A DNA stretch of 64,000 nucleotides from positions 17,288-81,287 of the IMG/VR virus record IMGVR_UViG_3300033153_004222; one strand, 5' to 3'. The notes beneath the pieces are model-generated. The model did no database searches. It had not been told where the DNA came from and saw only the letters and a program-made list of their open reading frames with translations. The position numbers and the translations under genes are program-made. This DNA is from a virus. Below are positions 37,901 to 47,800 of the stretch, one piece after another (positions within the stretch are counted from its first letter, which is position 1; each line of letters opens with the position of its first letter).

Positions 37901-40900
37901 CTGAATTTATAGAACCATCTGCATTAAATAGTCCGAGAATATTTCTATTAGTATTCCATCTTTCTACAATTTGCTTTTGTACATCTTGTCTATTTGTTTC
38001 AATGAGTTCCCAAGCTCCATTTTTATCTACTACAGCTGTCATAAATTTTAACTGTGTCTTAGAAAAATTAGAACGAAAGGCTGTCTTAGTTCTACTATCC
38101 CAGGTTAAATATTTTTGATATACAGCCGATATAGAGCTTTTCCATTGAGCCAATTCTTTTAATCTTTCTTCAATTTGATGTGGTTGGTATCCAGCTAATT
38201 TACTTGCAAGGTCTGCATAGACTTCATCAAAATTTAAAAAAGAAGGAAGTCCAGTAAACTTACTTTTACCATCATCTATAATTTTTTTATTACTATCTCT
38301 AATTACTGGTTTCTGTATAAAACTTAAAGCAGTTTTAACTTGCCAGGACATTGTTTTTTTAGGGCTGGAGTAAAAATAGTTTTCACCATGTATCCTTTCT
38401 TTACTATTAGTAGAAGGATCTCCATCATCATCAACAGTAGGAATTCCAAGCTCTAATGCTTCTTTTTCTATCTTTTCAAATTTATCTACTGTCCATCCTT
38501 CTTTAGATTGTGCAAGAGTTATAGCAACACCATGTTTCCGCAAAGAATTTAAAAGAAGTCCTTTAAAGCCAGGATTCTGAACTACTCCTCCTTTATTTAT
38601 ATCAAGCCATGCCCCTTTAGAGTTTTCTATAGCTCTATGAACATTCTTTCTTTTTATTTTAGAATTATATACAGAGGTTTCAGATCCAGACTTTCCTTCA
38701 TTCTTTTGTATGAATTTATCTAAAACTTCAACATAATTCTGCATTGTTTCTCGCAAGTTTTCTATTCCTTGCATTAAATCTTTTGTATATTCTCTCTTAC
38801 TTAAAATATCCTCAACACTTTGAGCTTTACTTGTTCCATCAGCTATCATTTTAGGAAGAACTTTGGTTACTAAACCAAATCGAAGTGATTCTACCATACC
38901 ATCTTTTTCTGCATTAGACCATTCAGGTTTACTCCTTAACATAGCATCGTTAGGATTAAACTTTTCACTCTTCATTTTAGCTTTAGTAGCATCTGATATT
39001 TTAAAATCTCCTACTTTAATTTTAAGAAACATTCTTTCCATTGTCATAGAAGAAAGATATATTGAATCTGGATTAAGAATAGTAGTACCATAAATTCTAA
39101 TAGCTAAGATGGCTTTTCTTATTCTATCAAATATCTTCTGAATAATTCTTCCTAATTTAGTCTTCTTTATTCTTCCTTTAGATTCCTCTGCCTCCATGAA
39201 CTCTCTGAATAGTTCAGCAGCTTTTTCCTCAAAAAAGATTTCTTCTAACTCTGCTTTAGTTTTTTTAGGATATAATTTTTTAAGAGCGTCTTCTTCGGCA
39301 AGAGAAAAAGTACCGTATTTTTCTTGCATTGCTCTAAAGACCTGTTTCTTTTCTTGTTCAGTTGTAGCAAGATCCATTACTACATGGAAAGATTCGTGAT
39401 ATGCTGTTCCTTTAGCTCCTAAACGAGCAAGTAATACTAATCCATTTGAATAGGCCCCGTAAGCCTGTCTGCCGCCCTTCATTTGAATATATTTGGCATT
39501 AGCCATAGGAAGTATATGATCCGGTCCAAAAGTTCTTACAATCCAATCTACTTCAGCTTCAGTTAAAATATTACCTGGATTCTCTTGAAATTTATTTTCT
39601 ACTTCTAAAGAGGCTTCTCTCCATTTTATATCTGGACTATCATCTTCTCCCTCTTTAAGTTCATTTCCTTCTATATCAGTATTTTCTACAGTAGCATTTT
39701 CTTCTGAGTTCTCATCAACTTTTATTCCTGGTTTTTCAACTTCTGAATGAGAATCTCCTTCACCTTCTACAACCTGTTGATTTTTCTTTATTTCTTCTCC
39801 AACTGTATCTGTTTCAGATTGAACTGTAGCTACATTATCATTAGTTACAGAATCAGATTTTTGAATAGGAACTAATTTAACTTTAGAATCTGTAAATTTT
39901 TGTCCAGGTGCAACATCTGTAGTTACAAGCCCAGGAACACCATCTACTTCTTTATCAGATAAATATTCTGTATAGGAACTATACTCTTTTCCAGTTGTGT
40001 AATCTTTAACTGGTCCATTTTCTATTACTTTTTCCTTACTAACTTGATAACTTTTTCCCATTATAGCCTCTATCAAATTTTCTCTAAAAGCATTTATTGC
40101 TGATTCCATTAAGAGTTTATCCTCTGAAGTAGCTCCAAGTGTGGCATTTCCTCCACCTATCCATTCTCTTTTTACAAAAGCTTTTCCATTAGGATCTACT
40201 CCCATTACTTGTTCCCCGTAGTTTCCTTCGGGTGAGTTTTCTAAACTTTGAAATATACGTACATGATATGCTTGAGAGCCAGGTACAGCTTGTTTTGGAT
40301 CAATAGGATTTCCTGCTTCATCTTCTAATCCCAAAGCTTTTCGTAAATTATTATGTTTGCCTCTATTTTGATGATCTACCCCTATTATTTGATTACCTAC
40401 TTTTATTTTAATAGCACTATTATCTACATAGAAAAGAGGGGCTTTTGGATTTTCAGATTTAGATATATTATGCCCTGCTTTAGTTGCTATTAAATCTTCT
40501 ATTATTGCCTTTTTTTGTTCTCCGTCTAACTTAGGATTTAAAAGAATATTATCTATTACTGATTCAGCATTGGCTCTTGAAATAGTTTTTGTTTCCAGCC
40601 TAACCGGAACAATTGCCCCATTAGCAGATGGAATCATAGCATATAATCTTCCTCTTTCAGACATTGCATCCATACTTTCCCAAGTATTAGTTTCTCTATT
40701 CCAAAAAAGAACTGCTCCGCCACCTTCTCTTGTACTTGCTTTTCCTACTCCAATTGAAAAATCTTCTCCTATAACCCCTAAATCACTAAGAGGAAGTTTA
40801 GCAGATTCTCCCTTTATTTTTGTATTCATTACAAATCCACGGTTCTTATTCTCTACAAACATTTCAACATTTCCATCTTCATCTACGTAAGTATCCCAAT

Positions 40901-43900
40901 TCATTCTTAGATCAAAATCTCCAGCTGCAAGTTTTTGTAAAGGTTTACTTACATTTCCATCTTTATCTATTGTGTGGATTGTAATAGGATCTTGTTGTAA
41001 AACTTTTCCTTCTTCTGGAACATATAAAGGATTTCCAGTTTTAGGATGTTTATATTCTCCTTTTCTAAGAACTACCTTAGAGCCTTTTGTGGCCACTAAA
41101 GGATCAACCCATTGTTCAAAATCAATAACTTGTTCTTCTAATATAACATCATCAGGATTTTCATTAACCATATATAAAGCATCTCCTTCTAAAGTTCCAC
41201 TTAATAAAGGAGTTAAATCTCCTGGTTTTCTATTATGAAGGAATTTTTCCATTCCTCTTACATTCTTTGTTACAGGAACTCCTGTTTTCGGATCTATCTT
41301 AATAGGATACCAATAAATAGGAGTAACTTCTCCTGATTCTATTTTTTCTGCAAGATTTTTTATTTTATGTTTTGGAACTATCTTATACTTAGTCGCTGGT
41401 TTTTTTATAGGATTACCGTCTTCATCTAAGCCTCTTACATATAAAGATTCTTGATTAGTATATCGTAAAAGATTTGGAGTTGAAGCTGATCTGACATCTT
41501 TTGCTTCTAATGTTATTTGAAGGAATTGAGTATTTACACTACCTACTGCATCTTCTGATATATCATACTGAGGATTAGTAGTTCGTACTACTCCATCTTC
41601 TTGCATAGTGTCTTGAGGATCTGTAGGATTAGCAGGATCTACTTCTACTTCCTCGTCTTCTTCTAAGGTAGGATCATTTTTTAGATCTGAACTTTCTTGA
41701 GAATCTTGAAGAACTATAACAGTTTCAGTACTTATTCCCCCACCTTCATCTGTTTGACTTTCTTCTGCTTCTTTTTGTATATCTAATTGTTTTTGATCTC
41801 TTTCTTTCTGATTATCTTCCCATTCTTTTAATTCATCCAATCTTTGATTTACAAGAGATTTATCCTGTGCTTTTAGATCATCTGCATCTTCTAAAGGCTG
41901 TACTCCTGCTAAAAATTCTTCTGATGTTTCTGCTTCTTCTAAAACTTGTAAAAGTCTTTCATTAAAATCTTGTTTCATTTGCTCAGTAAGAGCAGCAAGA
42001 GTTTCATTTGGAGGACCAGGATCTTCTGTTGTAGGAGTTTCATCTGCTGGATCAAGAGATTCATATATAGCTTTCCCATCTTTATCATACCCTGTTAAAA
42101 TTCTTCCTCCTTGTATAACCGGTGCTTCATCTTTTTCAGGAGGAGTTTCTTCTGGTTTTCCATCCCAAGAATCAACAAGTTTTTCAAGAGTAGTAATTTC
42201 AGCTGCCAATTCATCAGTCATTTCACTATCAGGAAGTTCATATAGATTTTCTAACCTATCTAAAGCTAATTTAATACCATCAGGAGCTTTGTTATAATCA
42301 TATCCTTTTTTCTTTCCTCCTTTTTTCTTTCCTTTTTCCTCTAACTTTTCAGTTACATCAGGAGGAAGACCTAACTCTTCTCTTAATTTATTGGCCTGTT
42401 CCTTTATATTGGCTTGAATATCAGCATTAATTTTATTTGCTTCCTGTCTAAGGGCTTCTTGTCTTGCCCTTGTTTCAGCTTCTTTTAGTTTTAAACCTAA
42501 ACGATCTAATATTTCAAGTCGTGCTGTTCTATCTGGATGATTAGATAGAGCTACACTTCTTCTAAATTGCTCAAAAGTATTTCTATCAAACTTTCCAGCT
42601 TGAATAGCTTTATGAAGTGTTTCTTCATATGCCTTTCTTCCCCTCCCAATTCTTTCTGTCTTTTGATCAAATTTCTTTCTTTGTCCTTTACTAAAATTAT
42701 CTTTAAGTAATTCTCTATAACTTTTATTTCCTTTTAATCTTTGTTTGTTAATTTTATCAAAATTCTTATTTAGGATACTTTTTATTTTCATGGCTGTTCC
42801 TATAGTTTCATTCTCTATAGCCAATTCAACATCAGTTTTAGCATTATCCTCTGCAGATAATAAAGAGCGTTCTTCAGATATATCAGCATCTTGCTCCTGG
42901 ATAGCTGCTTTTATTTCTTTTAAAGCTTTCTTTTGTTCATAATTGTATATTCTATTACTAATAGCAGTATTTCTTACTTGTCTATTTTTACCAACAATAC
43001 CTGCCATATCATTCCAGGTTCCTTCCATCTCCTCTATAAACTCAACAGCTTCTTGTGCTCTTTTTTGTGCTCCTTCATCTAATCCTTTGGCTTCTCGCTG
43101 TTCTTCAGTCATATCAGCAAATCTCTTGTAAGAATTTACTAAATGACCTGTAGTCCCATCATTTAATGACATTACAGTTTGATCCCATAAACTTTGTTTA
43201 GCTAAGTTTTGTGCCTCTAATTTAAGTTTATCTACCTCTTCTTCAGATGCCCCTTCTGATATAGCTTTATTTATTTTTTCTTGAACTTCTGATTGAGCAT
43301 CCATATGAGCTTGAAGAGCTGCTCCTTTCATAAAAGTAGTAGAAAGATTAGATTGATTAATGTTATCAAACATTTGATCTATCTCTTGTATACGCTGTTC
43401 TTGTTTTGCATATTGAGCCTCTTCTTTTGCAGCGGCCCCTGTCATTTGTTTTATAGCTTTAGTACCAGCATATTGACCAAATCCTCCTACAGCTCCTAAT
43501 ACTCCTGCTTCCCAAAAATGAGGATCTTTGACATGCCTTCCCATCGTTCTTTTATTGGTAAGAGCTTCAAAAATATTATCATCATTTACACCTGTAATAG
43601 CTTTACTTCCTGATGCTCCTGCAATAAAGTTTATTTGTTCTTCTGCAAATTCTTGTCCAGTTTCAAGACCTGCTACTTTAAGCCCTTCTTTAGACCAAAA
43701 ATTTGTATAAGGTTTTATTTTTTCTCTGGATGCAAGTACAGAATTTCTACCTGCCCTGGTAAACATACTTGCACTTACAAGATTCAAGGCTATATTGGCC
43801 CTGTTTATATTAACTACATCAGATGCATCTGCAGCCGCTTTGGCTTTAGCTTCTGATTCAGATGCCCCTAAAGATTTATATAATAGTATATTATCTCTAT

Positions 43901-44813
43901 AAACAGTTCCTGCCTCCATTATTGCTTCTGACTGATTCAGACCTATAGCAGTTCCTAATGTTCCGGCTCCTTTCATCAATTGAGCACCCCATTTTCCCAT
44001 ATTAGCTGCCAATGCAGCACTTCCTGCTCCAAAAGTAGCTCCTACAACAAAACCTTGTCCAACAAATGCCCCTATAGAGCCAACTAAAGAAGATCCATTC
44101 TCAAACCACCAAGCAGGATCACCTGCATCAAAAGATTCTCCTGGTCTTTCTCTATAAATGCTAAACTCTTCATTCATAGCTTCCTTTGCCTTATTCATAG
44201 CAGATGATATAGGATTACCTACCTCATCATCCTGGTTGTAATAGTCTTCAAAATCAAGCATAGAAGCCATTCCTCCTACAAAATCAAATACAGCCGTACC
44301 TACAGTTCTAACAACTGCATTTCCTGCTTGGTCCCAATGAGATTGCCCAACAGCTCTTCTTCTGTTTAGTTCATCCATTCCAACTGAACCATGAATATTA
44401 TCCATGTATTTTGAATAGTCGTCTACATCTATATTATAGTTTGCGTGAGATGTAAATTTACTTTCTAACTCTTCTCCTTCGAGAGTTCTTGTGCCATTTT
44501 GGACTGAAATCCAATCATTTTTGGTAAAAGGAAATCCGGTAAGAGGATCTATCATAGGAGAAATCCAATAAGGATCGTCTTCTAAACGATCTATATTCGC
44601 ATCTCCATCTGTAACAGCTTGATTGTCGTTAGCGTTTTGAGTGTAAAAATCTGGTTCCGTTCTGTTCCATTCTTCTACTGATTCCTGTTCTTCTTTTCTT
44701 AACTTCTCCAGATCATCATCACTATACTCTACACCAGTATCAGGATCTATAGCATTATCGTATAATCCTTTTGTTTGTTGAAATACTTTACTGGCTCTAT
44801 CATGGTGTGGCAT
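31968..44813 (-). CDS. virion-packaged two-barrel DNA-dependent RNA polymerase (giant fusion with a zincin domain)
   Basis: 4281 aa; catalytic GYRIPTQ...GADFDVDK (34719-34742), DAQG, K..Q.KHS, ESAVKVG, DNAKDP; zincin HESFH (39384-39398); hallmark of crAss-like phages (phi14:2 gp66 type). Confidence 0.9.
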   Translation of the reverse strand: MPHHDRASKVFQQTKGLYDNAIDPDTGVEYSDDDLEKLRKEEQESVEEWNRTEPDFYTQNANDNQAVTDGDANIDRLEDDPYWISPMIDPLTGFPFTKNDWISVQNGTRTLEGEELESKFTSHANYNIDVDDYSKYMDNIHGSVGMDELNRRRAVGQSHWDQAGNAVVRTVGTAVFDFVGGMASMLDFEDYYNQDDEVGNPISSAMNKAKEAMNEEFSIYRERPGESFDAGDPAWWFENGSSLVGSIGAFVGQGFVVGATFGAGSAALAANMGKWGAQLMKGAGTLGTAIGLNQSEAIMEAGTVYRDNILLYKSLGASESEAKAKAAADASDVVNINRANIALNLVSASMFTRAGRNSVLASREKIKPYTNFWSKEGLKVAGLETGQEFAEEQINFIAGASGSKAITGVNDDNIFEALTNKRTMGRHVKDPHFWEAGVLGAVGGFGQYAGTKAIKQMTGAAAKEEAQYAKQEQRIQEIDQMFDNINQSNLSTTFMKGAALQAHMDAQSEVQEKINKAISEGASEEEVDKLKLEAQNLAKQSLWDQTVMSLNDGTTGHLVNSYKRFADMTEEQREAKGLDEGAQKRAQEAVEFIEEMEGTWNDMAGIVGKNRQVRNTAISNRIYNYEQKKALKEIKAAIQEQDADISEERSLLSAEDNAKTDVELAIENETIGTAMKIKSILNKNFDKINKQRLKGNKSYRELLKDNFSKGQRKKFDQKTERIGRGRKAYEETLHKAIQAGKFDRNTFEQFRRSVALSNHPDRTARLEILDRLGLKLKEAETRARQEALRQEANKINADIQANIKEQANKLREELGLPPDVTEKLEEKGKKKGGKKKGYDYNKAPDGIKLALDRLENLYELPDSEMTDELAAEITTLEKLVDSWDGKPEETPPEKDEAPVIQGGRILTGYDKDGKAIYESLDPADETPTTEDPGPPNETLAALTEQMKQDFNERLLQVLEEAETSEEFLAGVQPLEDADDLKAQDKSLVNQRLDELKEWEDNQKERDQKQLDIQKEAEESQTDEGGGISTETVIVLQDSQESSDLKNDPTLEEDEEVEVDPANPTDPQDTMQEDGVVRTTNPQYDISEDAVGSVNTQFLQITLEAKDVRSASTPNLLRYTNQESLYVRGLDEDGNPIKKPATKYKIVPKHKIKNLAEKIESGEVTPIYWYPIKIDPKTGVPVTKNVRGMEKFLHNRKPGDLTPLLSGTLEGDALYMVNENPDDVILEEQVIDFEQWVDPLVATKGSKVVLRKGEYKHPKTGNPLYVPEEGKVLQQDPITIHTIDKDGNVSKPLQKLAAGDFDLRMNWDTYVDEDGNVEMFVENKNRGFVMNTKIKGESAKLPLSDLGVIGEDFSIGVGKASTREGGGAVLFWNRETNTWESMDAMSERGRLYAMIPSANGAIVPVRLETKTISRANAESVIDNILLNPKLDGEQKKAIIEDLIATKAGHNISKSENPKAPLFYVDNSAIKIKVGNQIIGVDHQNRGKHNNLRKALGLEDEAGNPIDPKQAVPGSQAYHVRIFQSLENSPEGNYGEQVMGVDPNGKAFVKREWIGGGNATLGATSEDKLLMESAINAFRENLIEAIMGKSYQVSKEKVIENGPVKDYTTGKEYSSYTEYLSDKEVDGVPGLVTTDVAPGQKFTDSKVKLVPIQKSDSVTNDNVATVQSETDTVGEEIKKNQQVVEGEGDSHSEVEKPGIKVDENSEENATVENTDIEGNELKEGEDDSPDIKWREASLEVENKFQENPGNILTEAEVDWIVRTFGPDHILPMANAKYIQMKGGRQAYGAYSNGLVLLARLGAKGTAYHESFHVVMDLATTEQEKKQVFRAMQEKYGTFSLAEEDALKKLYPKKTKAELEEIFFEEKAAELFREFMEAEESKGRIKKTKLGRIIQKIFDRIRKAILAIRIYGTTILNPDSIYLSSMTMERMFLKIKVGDFKISDATKAKMKSEKFNPNDAMLRSKPEWSNAEKDGMVESLRFGLVTKVLPKMIADGTSKAQSVEDILSKREYTKDLMQGIENLRETMQNYVEVLDKFIQKNEGKSGSETSVYNSKIKRKNVHRAIENSKGAWLDINKGGVVQNPGFKGLLLNSLRKHGVAITLAQSKEGWTVDKFEKIEKEALELGIPTVDDDGDPSTNSKERIHGENYFYSSPKKTMSWQVKTALSFIQKPVIRDSNKKIIDDGKSKFTGLPSFLNFDEVYADLASKLAGYQPHQIEERLKELAQWKSSISAVYQKYLTWDSRTKTAFRSNFSKTQLKFMTAVVDKNGAWELIETNRQDVQKQIVERWNTNRNILGLFNADGSINSAVLSNLGKQYQDLFSHIKNPTEYYKHVNRVFKHIGIEFEPNVLKMFETTYPPSEFQKTVVEGKFSHILKELGYNPSNKQISKGSNPYTTTGAKGQTKNFKKIAQLVQDVSSDLYTGSFTNGEGKLVYSINLNSYLSKLSSEMATKEGVEKIWETFNRDVYYNPDDTGVARSMLFSLLLDFKDSNGINKVREEFALIELDSTKLERGDEAITYDKMTPKQTWLTRLNFYRNNGHYKNTGYGLINTGTKSDKGRSLYIRVPLLASNKNKVPQLNATGGLIGEIQGVKNAAKAVLRRNVLQERARISRVHSQLFGENALPDSKLKENYHYKGKNPDGTLNREAANGLKFMSIPDLNFTNYNLFDSDGNVKFFNKTELTAVDKALDAFMERETLRSKRAMVADGVLVEHDGKFYSDEISPDKFSSSTTNIGTEENPIVVSDVDDAMTEFLLNDLVWRTEFSKYENGDLAYYKSTEKDISKNDEFPGAKGKFVSVVVDAGKRAYQSITPGLDHMVSQMALDSNSQDDYGKTKEIRMAIIEDIYSKMSLNRAANLAIGFTKNPSWEGALGVTGAKNVIKHIEALEEKINEETDKTKKKKLEKKLDAFFKALPVAERKAVKIVLPYRRGSNKSDAQGYTTLEAHKKTMEGRGEWTTEGEHSHEVAYNEYWTKESDPNTWPEWAQKLALKPLKTFSFGYHFDETLQQVVFTQIKHSTVPLYPAFTKTNPELDKLRRRMETTGEFADKGLTKIDAVNLESAVKVGKSGVTKYNNKSSAELENMEVHVLQSDNERSPFVLPAEKGMNPKDGSQIVKLITADMVPGAIYDSIEGIKELLTEDIKNVNDLVYVEKIKRTADKLSKELGWNEFKNNPNDPDIALNFLKKIQKLLLEQIESRELPDNYSLALEIEKIEGEIQFAMPLSFPAYAKKFEIALASIFKARVMTQRMPGDSAVQVAEYGLDETNDLGYYRFEDGRLKAAEVAISYQQANKLGLLEYVNSETGVVDYQAMERAGMDKSVLELVGYRIPTQGKSSMLPLIIKKVLPPTAKGQIVLPADITTQTGADFDVDKLNLFYPALEETGENTFQKVPVADKIEALKDGKIDVSSLTDKEIQNVLFSIRFGILTSKNHAPDVINPLDTDTYKNKMKEYGEIPGMLQDTGTFNFNSAYTDVYLESVNKDAKVLVGIFANHSVAHALSQDIDIQITDPKKGVFIEMDNGEGVTIGTKENPIRDLSGIYGFDGELRSLYLNEDLNASLDNAKDPITGSLNINTFTANIVAMFNRLGINNSIATDFINQPVIRELKKRFALDEHAYTPSETANRMAAELNLPTKGPNGKKIQYGAAEENRIKITPEGLRKSLGKDISEMAEEEPGSSGITGAGKHGQVPGLQFQKQVLMDFVKYWDMGSDLAKSNKMLAPDRFTAMSGLSDIELWLNNKNFVESGEANITVKGVYPAKDAVTKQPVGPSSSPRLNAYYEHAILGAEEVISEFMPYNSDFFLRAKKFLAEMTHQKNGTFNDKKLIERMNSDIYSFIMFTQGSPVAALMNQRTKEESKKKLFKPKEGESNQTVAQDLTNIKYLYNLGENKLLKYLSGDIYNGSNKFQMVRFNNAASYTQETKSAFVDAFYELFYHTERNVNVKWDSKSGKHIRLNAAEKQKAVEHVKKVMTNLVDYSIRTSGFQSGPNSFVDLIPLIIWKSLGEDIAGNTTASLSKFLKDLNEGSFKTYFPYLAGRDSHGWGYLSLEEQDSEGRDRKAIEEDKKIEALAVPELLMQILRNRISDPKLIKKVRADQVSPITMGYTKSKRHFIETFSVGEDSNLFVQGKKGSAINGFPQVVTMWDKNSKKRRGYRKLLEGGGATSKNAFAHYTHMDALGEQNKFFEVYPEEINPESIHPDNTDVDTSGPPAKPTAGSPDPTVTTPGDNTNIVATDNNIVNKTVEEQISYEQGETNINLGDDMDELEVRGSKEFTDAMKKAQEDGDSQIKCNE

Positions 44814-44827
44814 ATTCTATATTTTAT

Positions 44828-47800
44828 CTATGGATTTGTTTGAGTATATTGACGAGTTTCTGTTGAAAAATCATCTCCCTTTACGCTTAAAGATATTAAT
44901 ATTTCTCCGGCTCTTGCCATATCACTTGTTTGACGTACACCTCTAAATAATTTATCTGCATCTGCATACTGCTGTTGAACATTTTTTAAATATTCTTTAG
45001 CTTTAGACATATCACTAAATTCTTTTTTAAAGTTATTTTTCTTAAATTCTTTTTGAGCCATTTTTAATTGCCACATTCCCAAAATTGCATTAGATAGAGA
45101 GGGATCGGACATTATCACTTTATTCTTAAGAGCTCCTCTAACATCATCTACAGTAAGATCTTCTAATGCTTTTTCAAAATCATCGTACATTTCAGTTCCT
45201 TCATATTGCTCTTTCATCGTAGCTGTCATATTATCATACATACTATATAGAGGATTTCCTTGAATCTCATTAAAAGCAAATTGAGGATTAACATTAGTTC
45301 CTGTTTTTGTGAATTGTATTTGGTGATTTGCTGGAGCTAATTTTGCAGCTATAGAATGAGGATTTGTTTTATTTTTTGCACCAAATGGATCATTAAGATT
45401 AACAAAATGAAATTGAAATGCTGATGTATTGGTTGTATTGGTTCCTGCATTCATGTTATTAGCCGCTACTTCAAACTGACGATCTATATCTTTACTTTGT
45501 ACTAATAGACTTGCTGCATAATCACGGGCTCCCATACTTGATGCATCATCTTTAATGTAATATTGTTTTTGTTTTTGAACGCCTGGAGTTTTTGGATCTA
45601 TATCTACATCAGCCCCTGTATCATCTTTTGCAAATTCAGAATCTGTTATAAAAGAATGTAAACCATCATATAAGGATTGATTGGAACTTCGTTTACTATA
45701 AATAGTATATTGTTGATTTTCTTTTGTTCCTTTTTCTTCACCATTACTCTTAAATGTTTTCACAGTTGCATTTACTTGAATTGGAAGAACTTGTTCTCCA
45801 GAAATTCCTATATCATCTAAAGCAATTCCTGTTATATCTGTTACATCAATACTTAATTTCTCCATTTCTTCTGGAGTTAATTCTTTTCCAGTTGCATCTG
45901 TAACAACGAAAGAGGCTAAAGAATTATTAACATGATCTACTGCATCTTGATATTTCTGTATATGTTGATTATACTTACGTAAATCTGCTGATTTTCCTAA
46001 ATCAGCGGGGCGTTTAACTTCAAAATACATATTAGCAGCTGAACCAGAAGTAGTTTCATTATTTAATAAATAATCATCCATCTGATCGGTAACAGTTTTC
46101 AAATTCTTTTCTATGCCCATTCTTAATATATCATTCATATCTCCTCCAGTTTCAGTTAAACGAGATAAAAACATATCTTGCATCATAGTTATTGTTTTAG
46201 GATCTCCTCCAGCAGCAATTGCCGCATCTCTAAGGGCATTTTTTTGTTCTTGTGTAGAAGAACTATTTAAAAACCCTAACTCTGTATTTCCTATTCCATT
46301 TTTAGTCAATCTTTCAAAAACTTCTGGTTCTAAGAAAGCTCCTGAATTTTTATACAGTTTAAGATGAGTTTCATAAGTCTTTAATTGTTTTTCTCTTTCT
46401 TTACCAGTTAATTTTCTTCCTCCATTATGTAATATAAACTGTTCTGAATCAGGGTGTCTTTCTGCATAAACTTGATTAAGAGAAGTATAAGCACTTATAT
46501 CAGTTTGACTTTTATTTGAGGCATCATCATATAAAAGAGTTTTAGTATCTTTTAAGAATGTATCAAATTCGTCTTGTGTAAATGTTTTTCCTGTTTGAGC
46601 TTCTATAGAATCTTTATACATATTATACATAGATTCAGCATTTTGTTGTTGCATTACTGATTCTGGATTATTTGGATCAACAGCCATATTTTTATCATCA
46701 ACTACAGCTATTAAATTGTGATCTTCGTTATAGGGATTTCCTCCTTTAAACATATCAAATAATCCTACATAATCAGCTTGAAATTCATCATATGATTTCA
46801 TTGTAGTTTCACCATTCTTATCTATGAAAGCATATTTTTTACCTGCAAAAGGTTTTATCTCATGTGTATGAGGATCTATAAGTCCTTTTTCTTTAGCTGT
46901 TTTATAACCTCTAACTGCATCAGCAAATTCTGGATGAGTTTTTTCTAAATTAGTTAAGAACTGACTTTCTATACCTTTTATATTAGAATACTCTGCCTCA
47001 GCTAAAGCATATGAAATCAATCTCTTCTCTTGTTCGTCAGTATTAAGTGTAGATGTCCCGTTAAGAATCTCATTTTTAACTGTTTCTAATTCCATTAATT
47101 TGGTATGGGCAGTTCCTTGAGCTTGAATAACCTGTTCTTTAGATGTAAATACTTGATCTTTTGATTTTATACCTGTTTTCTCATTTACTCTATGTACAGT
47201 TGGAGCTACTACCGGATCAATTATAACATTAGGATGAGTTGTTTTTCCTGATTTTTTTCCTTGAAGATTTGAATGCATACTAACTGTTTCATCTTTAAAT
47301 GCTAATAAAGGACTTACTGGAGCTATTCGGGTATCTATATACTGTTCTTTATCATAAATAGTTCCATTATGCTTCGCTCTCTGTGCATCTACTGATGCAT
47401 CTAATTTTACAGCTAAATCATCATCACTAATACCAAGATTATTAGCTTTTATTTTTTCTGATTCAGATGCTCTGAAAGCTATTTCTGCTCCTTTATCTTT
47501 TGCAGTAAAGAACTTATTATACTTATCAGATGCCATTACATATTTTTGTGCAATATCTTCTAATTCTTTTTCTGTTACCTCTTTCTTAGTTAATTTATGA
47601 TAATAAGGAAATTTATCTTTAAATAAATATGTTTTAGTGCCATCAGCAGCAACTTTTGCTTCTACCATCTTATCTGCTTTCATACCAGTTAAGAAACCTT
47701 TAACATCTTCAGTAAATTTAGGAGTGCTTATTGCTTTTGTATCTGACCATTTATTATAAGATTTAAAATCTGCATTAGTTCCTGTTCGAGTTCCTATTCC

